Notes under the pieces: generated by a model | The model's database searches: none | The model's input: only the letters and a program-made list of their open reading frames with translations | Told to the model about the DNA's origin: nothing | Made by a program: the position numbers and the translations under genes | Shown here: in pieces, positions 56,702-64,000 of the stretch | Layout: every line of letters begins with the position of its first letter | Numbering within the stretch: the first letter of the stretch is position 1 | Source of the DNA: Candidatus Microgenomates bacterium | GTDB taxonomy: Bacteria; Patescibacteriota; Microgenomatia; UBA12405; UBA6130 | Assembly (NCBI GenBank): GCA_015485895.1 | Contig: WFSR01000012.1 | Coordinates: 3,201-67,200 of the forward strand | Direction of reading: 5' to 3' | DNA length: 64,000 bases

Positions 56702-57100
56702 ATGAGAAAGTTACTTAAGTACTGGTTCATTAGCGCCTTAAGTTTATTAGCAGTTGCTCAGATAAGTAATGTTTTTCATTTTTCCAACGGGTATTTCACT
56801 TTGGTAGAAGTAGCTTTTTTCCTTACTGTTTTTGAATATTTCCTTAAGCCGTTGGTAAAACTACTCTTGCTTCCAATAAATGTTATTACCCTAGGTGGTT
56901 TACGATGGCTGATAGATGTTCTTGCTCTTTTTTTGGCAGGAGCTATTATTCCATCTTTTCAAATAAAAACCTTTCTTTTCCCTGGTATTCAAAGCAATGG
57001 TCTTATCATCCCCAACTATTCCTTCCATGGATTTTGGTCCTATGTCGTAGCTGCCTTCAGCCTTAATTTATTGATTGGGCTTTTCCGTTGGCTTTTTTAA
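56702..57100 (+). CDS. 4-TM phage-holin-family (YvlD-like) membrane protein
   Basis: KPLVKLLLLPINVITLG motif. Confidence 0.8.
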   Translation: MRKLLKYWFISALSLLAVAQISNVFHFSNGYFTLVEVAFFLTVFEYFLKPLVKLLLLPINVITLGGLRWLIDVLALFLAGAIIPSFQIKTFLFPGIQSNGLIIPNYSFHGFWSYVVAAFSLNLLIGLFRWLF

Positions 57101-57116
57101 TATTCAGGATTCGTAA

Positions 57117-57329
57117 ATGACGACTCTCTTGCAAGTGTTACAAATCGTTCTGGGTAGTTTAGCTATCATTCTTATTCTGCTTAGGCCACCAGTTGCTGAT
57201 GAAAATTCTCCAAATTGGTTTCGGCCTACCCTTACCCTCCGTGGTTGGGAAAAAATATCTTTTCTTTTCACTATTTTTATTCTTTTAACTTTTACTCTCG
57301 TCTCTGGATTACGTTTAATATGGGGATAA
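57117..57329 (+). CDS. secG: Preprotein translocase SecG-like
   Basis: Two TM segments, ILL and RG.EK pattern. Confidence 0.55.
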   Translation: MTTLLQVLQIVLGSLAIILILLRPPVADENSPNWFRPTLTLRGWEKISFLFTIFILLTFTLVSGLRLIWG

Positions 57330-58652
57330 ATGAGAAAGCTTCGCTACTTTTTTCAGGTTAATTACAAATTTCTCTTCTTAGGTTTTATCTTGGCTATAGG
57401 GAGTTTCTTCTTCTGGCAAAAAGGAGGGCAATTATTTTTGTTCCGCTATCATAAAAATGTATCTCGAATAGGACTCGTTGGCAATTATACCCTGGATACT
57501 TTGCCGGATCGTATCCGCAAGCTCATTTCTTTCGGTTTAGTTACTTTAGATAAGAATGGCAATCCCCATCCCGGCGCAGCAGAAAAGTGGCAAGTAGACA
57601 CAAAAGGCACTCGTTACACTTTCTCACTCCGCAAAAATTTATATTGGCATGATGGCAAACATTTTATAGCTTCGGATGTTCACTATATTTTGAAACCGGC
57701 AAAAATGCAAATCATAAATCAATATCAGTTACAGCTTACCATCCCTGAACCATTTGCTCCACTTTTAGCGGCGGTGTCACGCCCCCTCTGGCGGAAAAGA
57801 ATTATCGGCTTGGGTGCTTATCAGATAAAGAAATTACACTTCCGTCGTGGCGATATTATAAGCACTTTGATGCTAAAGAATAAGAAAGGTAAAATCATTA
57901 TTTTCCACTTTTATCCTACCCAAGATGATTTGCAAGATGCATTTTTGCTGGGCGAGATACATGAAGCATGGGGATTGAGAAATATTGACTTTATTAAAAA
58001 TTATCGCCATCTCGTCATCACGCCCGAAAGAAGCCTGGTCAGGGAATACGCAGCAATATTTTTTAATTTAACAAAACCTCCTTTAGACAACAAGAAAGTC
58101 CGCCAGGCGTTGGCATACACCGTCCCAAAACCATTAGGGGAAAAACGTGCCCTAACGCCCATATCACCGTTTTCGTGGGCTTATGACCACAATGTGAAAA
58201 CTTACAACTATAATTTGAGCCACGCTCGAACCATCCTAAAGAAGGCAAAAGTAGGAAAATTTACTATTAATCTCTGGACCTTGGCTGATCTTTTGGGCAC
58301 CGCCGAAGATATAAAACAACATTGGCGTCAACTGGGAATAAATGTCGAGATCCAGGTAGTAGAGGGGGTAACACCGCAGGATGATTTCGACGCTTTTTTG
58401 GGTTACGGATTTATCCCTGCTGATCCGGACCAGTATTATTTTTGGCATTCTGATCAACCGGGTAATATCACCCACTACCATAGTGTTCGCATCGACACTC
58501 TTCTCGAGGATGGTCGTCGCACTTTAGTAAAAGCGGAGAGAAAAAAAATATACGCCGACTTTCAGCGCTTTCTAGTTGAGGATAGCCCAGCAGTTTTCCT
58601 TTTTTACCCCGAAGCTTACAATATTAAGCGAGAACCTATTTTTCACCTCTAA
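57330..58652 (+). CDS. Family 5 (peptide/nickel) ABC substrate-binding protein
   Basis: YTFSLR...WHDG....DV, VRQALAY and RKKIY..FQ..L.ED.P.VFL. Confidence 0.88.
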   Translation: MRKLRYFFQVNYKFLFLGFILAIGSFFFWQKGGQLFLFRYHKNVSRIGLVGNYTLDTLPDRIRKLISFGLVTLDKNGNPHPGAAEKWQVDTKGTRYTFSLRKNLYWHDGKHFIASDVHYILKPAKMQIINQYQLQLTIPEPFAPLLAAVSRPLWRKRIIGLGAYQIKKLHFRRGDIISTLMLKNKKGKIIIFHFYPTQDDLQDAFLLGEIHEAWGLRNIDFIKNYRHLVITPERSLVREYAAIFFNLTKPPLDNKKVRQALAYTVPKPLGEKRALTPISPFSWAYDHNVKTYNYNLSHARTILKKAKVGKFTINLWTLADLLGTAEDIKQHWRQLGINVEIQVVEGVTPQDDFDAFLGYGFIPADPDQYYFWHSDQPGNITHYHSVRIDTLLEDGRRTLVKAERKKIYADFQRFLVEDSPAVFLFYPEAYNIKREPIFHL

Positions 58653-58660
58653 AACTACGG

Positions 58661-58734
58661 TGTCCCCGGGGGGATTCGGACCCTCGACCTTCCCGTTAGA
58701 AGCGGGACGCTCTTTCCGACTGAGCTACGGGGAC
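58661..58734 (-). tRNA. tRNA-Arg(TCT)
   Basis: GTCCCCG...TCCCG-CTTCTAA-CGGGA...GTCCGAATCC...CGGGGACA. Confidence 0.92.
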
Positions 58735-58739
58735 TTGGG

Positions 58740-58813
58740 GGTGGCTGGAGGGAATCGAACCCTCAACCCTCCGCTCCACAGGCGGATGCTCTGCCAATTG
58801 AGCTACAGCCACC
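58740..58813 (-). tRNA. tRNA-His(GTG)
   Basis: G(-1)GTGGCTG...CTGTGGA loop...CAGCCACC. Confidence 0.95.
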
Positions 58814-58814
58814 A

Positions 58815-58890
58815 TGGTCGGGGGTAGCAGACTCGAACTGCCAACCTCACGGTCCCAAACCGTGCGCGCTGCCAATTGCGCCAACCCCCG
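58815..58890 (-). tRNA. tRNA-Pro(TGG)
   Basis: CGGGGGT...CACGG-TTTGGGA-CCGTG...ACCCCCGACCA (CCA encoded). Confidence 0.93.
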
Positions 58891-58891
58891 G

Positions 58892-58975
58892 TGCCGCGGG
58901 AGGGAATCGAACCCTCACGTCCCGAAGGACACGAGATTTTAAGTCTCGCCTGTCTACCAATTCCAGCACCGCGGC
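58892..58975 (-). tRNA. tRNA-Leu(TAA)
   Basis: GCCGCGG...CTTAAAA loop, long variable arm GTCCTTCGGGAC...CCGCGGCA. Confidence 0.95.
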
Positions 58976-59020
58976 CTCTGCAGTGAATTTTAGCAAAATA
59001 TACTCCCAAAGTCACTAAAA

Positions 59021-59407
59021 TTAGGATTGTTTTTGGAGGTCAGTGAGAAGCTTGAGAATCTGCTGCTGCTGGCGATCTATTTTGACACCAATATCTAAAA
59101 TTTTGTCGACAATTTCCTGGGAGCGTTTTTGAGCTGCTGCTTCCCGTCGGTCTCTCTCTATCTCGGCTTGGTTAGAGGCCATTAAAAGAAAAATACCCAA
59201 AAAAATGGCTTCTAAAGAAACCGCCAAAGTCAGGAGATTGATACTAAAATGGTAAGTTAACCAAACTCCAAACCACAAAGCATGAAGAATGACCCCCCAC
59301 CAACTACCTGCCAACCAAGCAATAATCCGTACGGCCATCCTAGGTATCTTTTGGTGGAATCGTTCTCGACGGTGACCATCTAAACTGATTTTTCTTTCTT
59401 TTTCCAT
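59021..59407 (-). CDS. DUF1003-like membrane protein
   Basis: GSW...H...W...LLTLAVSLEAIFL..F.LM..N. Confidence 0.8.
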   Translation of the reverse strand: MEKERKISLDGHRRERFHQKIPRMAVRIIAWLAGSWWGVILHALWFGVWLTYHFSINLLTLAVSLEAIFLGIFLLMASNQAEIERDRREAAAQKRSQEIVDKILDIGVKIDRQQQQILKLLTDLQKQS

Positions 59408-59411
59408 AGGA

Positions 59412-60872
59412 TCACTTTAACAAAACTTCTTTGGTCTTGCAAGAAAAGTGTTTCAAATACCGGCGCAGATCGCTGATTAGATAGGCCATTTTATTTAACC
59501 CTGGTGAGCAAAGGTAAGCCATAAGATAACGTTTGGGAAAAATAAAAAAATGATGGTCAACGCCAGATTGTACTCCCTTCCAGCGAAAAAGGTGTTGGGA
59601 AGTCTGCCTAGGGGCAGAAAAAGAGAAGGTAAACCAGGCCTTTCCCCCCGGTTCTAGAGGAGATGAGAGAACAGCACAAAGTTGATTACCCAAGCCATTG
59701 TCAGATTTAAAACAATATCGATTCTCTTTTCCACCCCAAATATTTTGTCCTTCATTCTCCAAGAGTAATTTGCCCCTGCTCTCTTCACCCGGGGCCAAGA
59801 AAAACGGAATTCTCTCAGAGATAATTTTAGCCCTTATTAACTGAAAGGGGCTGTTAATACTCTTAGGCCACTTTAAAAACACTTTAGCATATCGGTAAAG
59901 ATCGCCGTTATCTTTTTGCCAGCTGAAGTGATCTAAGGGGGATAAAGAATAATGAAGAAGGAAAGGTGAAAACATAACTATTCGGGTATCAGCCAACCAA
60001 CCGCGGACCGCCTTGGTTAAATATTGAGTAATAAGATAATTGGGTAAGAATGTTGAATTATACTTTTGCCCTTGGCGGTGGGGCCAACCAGTTTCGGTAA
60101 TAAAAACAGGTAATTGCTTTTTCACCCCTAAAGAACGAAGATAATTAAGTTCCCAAATGTAACCATGGATACTGGTCTTGCCCCAATCATTAGGAGAACC
60201 ACGAAAGCCATGATTGGGATAGGAGTGGGATGCCAGACCATCTAGAGCTTCAAAAACATCAGGATCAGCAATTAGAATCTGGCGGTAGAAAATTTCTGCT
60301 GAATAATAGGCGGGGGGCTTATTAGGGGCCGCTAAATCTAAACCGCCGCTGATAAGAAAGAATTTTTTAGCTTGAGCATGAAAAATTTGAATTGTTTGCT
60401 GGAGAATTGATGCATATTCTTGAGGACTTGCCTGTCCGCCCCATTCATCCCCGCGATTTGGTTCGTTAAAAATAATAATAAAGCGCTCACCTGTAGGCCA
60501 AAGAAGATTGTTTAAAAACTTTGCCTGACTGGTAATATCGCTAGGATTAGGCTTTGCCCAGACTCGCCCTTGGGCATGGGTAGCAAGGCGGATTAAAGGT
60601 AATAAATGATAACGCCGGCAAAGATTAAAAATATTTTGCCATTTTTGAGTATTTAAATCATTATCACGGAGAACTAAGACTACCCATCCCCAATCACCAC
60701 CGTGAGTATTAAGGAGTTTGCTAGCACTTATGATATCGTTGGGATTATCTAAAAGGTGAATACCAAATTTATTTTTAGCCCACGAGAGATCAGAAGTCGC
60801 CCGAACCCGGTTGGCGAAAAAATTCCCTGCTATAATAAACAACAATGAGAAAAGGACTACTTTTTTAAGCAT
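59412..60872 (-). CDS. Secreted clan GH-A glycoside hydrolase-like protein
   Basis: Signal peptide, IIFNEPN acid/base, SHSYP and FITETGW nucleophile. Confidence 0.75.
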   Translation of the reverse strand: MLKKVVLFSLLFIIAGNFFANRVRATSDLSWAKNKFGIHLLDNPNDIISASKLLNTHGGDWGWVVLVLRDNDLNTQKWQNIFNLCRRYHLLPLIRLATHAQGRVWAKPNPSDITSQAKFLNNLLWPTGERFIIIFNEPNRGDEWGGQASPQEYASILQQTIQIFHAQAKKFFLISGGLDLAAPNKPPAYYSAEIFYRQILIADPDVFEALDGLASHSYPNHGFRGSPNDWGKTSIHGYIWELNYLRSLGVKKQLPVFITETGWPHRQGQKYNSTFLPNYLITQYLTKAVRGWLADTRIVMFSPFLLHYSLSPLDHFSWQKDNGDLYRYAKVFLKWPKSINSPFQLIRAKIISERIPFFLAPGEESRGKLLLENEGQNIWGGKENRYCFKSDNGLGNQLCAVLSSPLEPGGKAWFTFSFSAPRQTSQHLFRWKGVQSGVDHHFFIFPKRYLMAYLCSPGLNKMAYLISDLRRYLKHFSCKTKEVLLK

Positions 60873-60886
60873 CGGGAAATTATAGC

Positions 60887-61990
60887 ATGTTAGGTATAAA
60901 GTCGGCTAATCGAGAACACATCGTCCAGAGAATAAATCAAATAGAAAAGGAGATTCGTGAAACCCCGTATCATAAGGGGACAGAGCACCACATTGGTCTT
61001 CTTAGAGCTCGATTGGCCATTCTTCGCCAGAAATTAGAAGATCAAGCAACAAAAAAGCCTGGTCACGGAGTTAAGTCTACTTTTCTAGTCCGCAAGCAGG
61101 GCGATGGCAGCTGCCTTCTGCTTGGTCCTCCATCGGTAGGAAAATCTACTTTACTTAACCATCTTACTAATACACAAAGCCAGATTGGCAATTATGCTTT
61201 TACCACCAAGAGAGTTATCCCCGGCATGCTTTTCTATCGGAATGCTAAAATCCAGCTTTTGGATGCTCCTGGCCTTCTTCCCGATGGTCCACTTCATTAT
61301 GGACAAGGGCGGCAAATTCTAACCGCTATTCGGGGCAGCGATCTTCTAATTTTAGTCTTCGATCCTCAAACATACTCGCGCTTGGCCGATATTCTTCGTA
61401 AACTTACCGCAGTTGGGGTACGCCTAAACGAAGAAAAACCACCTCTTAAAATTTTTTCTCACCGAGGAAATGAAATAATTATTGAGGGTAATCTGCAACC
61501 ACAGAAGGCAAGAATGCTAACTCAAATAAGTAAAGAGCTAGGCTTACGAGGGAAGAGAATCGTAATTTCTAAGCCGCTGACAGTAAATCAATATCTAGAC
61601 GCCCTTTTATCCAACAGAGTGTTCCTTCCTGCCATTTTGGTTATTAATAAGCAAGATTTGTTAACAGTTAAACAAAAGGAAAAGATTAGGCGTTTTGTTT
61701 GGCAATTTAATTTGGACCCTGTTTTCGTCAGCGCCCAGCAAAACAAAGGGTTAAAATGCTTAAAAAAGGTTATTTGGCGAAAATTGAAATTAATAAAAAT
61801 AACCGTCATCTCTAAACATACCGGACGGAAAAAAATTATTATTGGCCGGCAAGGCGAAGCAGTAAAAATTTTATTGCCGTTTTCTAATTTGCCCCAATTT
61901 AAAAAGCTTTACTTGATAAAAAATGGCCAGCGCCAAGAGATAAGTTGGGAGTATTGTCCCCGCGGAGGAGAGGTTTTTCTCTTGGTTTAA
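60887..61990 (+). CDS. OBG-superfamily GTPase, DRG/Rbg type
   Basis: IEKEIRETPYHKGTEHHIGLLRARLA, GPPSVGKSTLL, YAFTT, IQLLDAPG, GRQIL and NKQD. Confidence 0.88.
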   Translation: MLGIKSANREHIVQRINQIEKEIRETPYHKGTEHHIGLLRARLAILRQKLEDQATKKPGHGVKSTFLVRKQGDGSCLLLGPPSVGKSTLLNHLTNTQSQIGNYAFTTKRVIPGMLFYRNAKIQLLDAPGLLPDGPLHYGQGRQILTAIRGSDLLILVFDPQTYSRLADILRKLTAVGVRLNEEKPPLKIFSHRGNEIIIEGNLQPQKARMLTQISKELGLRGKRIVISKPLTVNQYLDALLSNRVFLPAILVINKQDLLTVKQKEKIRRFVWQFNLDPVFVSAQQNKGLKCLKKVIWRKLKLIKITVISKHTGRKKIIIGRQGEAVKILLPFSNLPQFKKLYLIKNGQRQEISWEYCPRGGEVFLLV

Positions 61991-61994
61991 TATT

Positions 61995-63287
<1,293 letters not shown>

Positions 63288-63291
63288 CTTG

Positions 63292-63364
63292 GCCAGGGTA
63301 GCCAAGGTGGTCACGGCACGGGTCTGAAAAACCTGGGATCTCGGTTCGACTCCGAGCCCTGGCA
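63292..63364 (+). tRNA. tRNA-Phe(GAA)
   Basis: GCCAGGG...CTGAAAA loop...CCCTGGCA. Confidence 0.92.
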
Positions 63365-63369
63365 CCGAA

Positions 63370-63440
63370 GCGGGATTAGTTGAGTGGCTCAACACCACCC
63401 TTCCAAGGTGGAAACACGGGTTCAAATCCCGTATCCCGCT
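63370..63440 (+). tRNA. tRNA-Gly(TCC)
   Basis: GCGGGAT...CTTCCAA loop...ATCCCGCT. Confidence 0.93.
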
Positions 63441-63446
63441 CCTAAT

Positions 63447-63519
63447 GCGACGGTAGTTCAGCTGGTAGAACGTCTCGTTGCCAACGAGAAGGTCGGGGGT
63501 TCGAGTCCCCTCCGTCGCT
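63447..63519 (+). tRNA. tRNA-Gly(GCC)
   Basis: GCGACGG...TTGCCAA loop...CCGTCGCT. Confidence 0.95.
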
Positions 63520-63523
63520 CCGA

Positions 63524-63594
63524 TCGGGGATCGTCTAACGGTAGGACAGTGGCCTTTGGAGCCACGAATCGTGGTTCGAATCCACGTCCCCGAA
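63524..63594 (+). tRNA. tRNA-Gln(TTG)
   Basis: TCGGGGA...CTTTGGA loop...TCCCCGAA. U1-A72 pair fits GatCAB-dependent charging. Confidence 0.93.
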
Positions 63595-63602
63595 CCCAAT
63601 TG

Positions 63603-63675
63603 GCGCTCGTAGCTCAATTGGCAGAGCACCCGCCTCTTAAGCGGATGGTTGGGGGTTCGATTCCCTCCGGGCGCA
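63603..63675 (+). tRNA. tRNA-Lys(CTT)
   Basis: GCGCTCG...CTCTTAA loop...CGGGCGCA. Confidence 0.93.
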
Positions 63676-63937
63676 CAAAAATATCTAAGGGGAATTATGA
63701 AATTTATTGGCTAGCAGTATTTATCGCATCTATCGTGGTTTTTGTACATCTTCGATCACAATATATGTGGTAACACTTATAATAGAAATCGGTAACATCC
63801 GCAAGAAGTTATATATTTTTAGAACAATATCGTGTTATTATGCTTATCTCTTGGCTATTATGTTACTAATAATTCAACTTAAAAGTTACCTCTAATGGTG
63901 GTGAGATGCCTTGTTATTCGTTCTTGTTGTTTGTTTG

Positions 63938-64000
63938 TGCCGGGGGGGGGAGTCGAACCCCCATGCCTTTTGGGCACAGCCTCCTCAAGACTGCGTGTCT
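63938..64000 (-). tRNA. tRNA-Leu(GAG), partial (5' end beyond window)
   Basis: Reverse complement ...AGACACGCAGTC-TTGAGGA-GGCTG, long variable arm, GTTCGACTCC...CCGGCA. Confidence 0.85.

Noticed and set aside
56702-57100. Holin-like gene as evidence of a prophage
   Set aside because: It is a housekeeping-type 4-TM family gene next to secG, with no phage structural, terminase or integrase genes nearby.
58576-59015. ORFs 58576-58827, 58696-58884 and 58803-59015
   Set aside because: They are translations of the tRNA cluster.

Overview
Gene-dense chromosomal segment of a small-genome bacterium, most consistent with Patescibacteria/CPR (Microgenomates-like). This taxonomy is inferred from gene content and style and was not searched. 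It uses the standard bacterial code. Layout: (1) a 5'-truncated, AT-rich 8-gene island (2-5962) of nucleotide-handling enzymes: sulfotransferase-like P-loop, NDK-like, Ham1/ITPase-like, thymidylate-synthase-like with a cytosine-type Asp, HD hydrolase, SAM-dependent enzyme, dTMP-kinase-like and GT4. It looks like a modified-cytosine nucleotide pathway. (2) DUF763, gatC-gatA-MFS-gatB-dnaE, rplS and yraN. (3) An AT-rich PAP2/metallophosphoesterase/DedA/GT4 cassette. (4) A remodelled dcw cluster with no murD or ddl in the window. It carries an Arg-tRNA-transferase-like gene, an Mpl-like ligase, an Asp-type MurA, an orphan encapsulated-ferritin-like gene and a LysW-like/PLP enzyme/ATP-grasp trio where murD normally sits. 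(5) Housekeeping genes (rplU, rpmA, parB, lepB, murB, polX, holA, ppsA, rsmI, lexA, secG, a DRG-type GTPase, tgt) and 16 tRNAs, one of them partial. Three copies of a modular palindromic repeat with nested mini-hairpins occur in intergenic DNA. Many genes have a -10 box 5-8 nt before ATG, suggesting leaderless mRNAs. No CRISPR array, rRNA, transposase or prophage was seen. All protein calls come from motif recognition by eye, not database searches.
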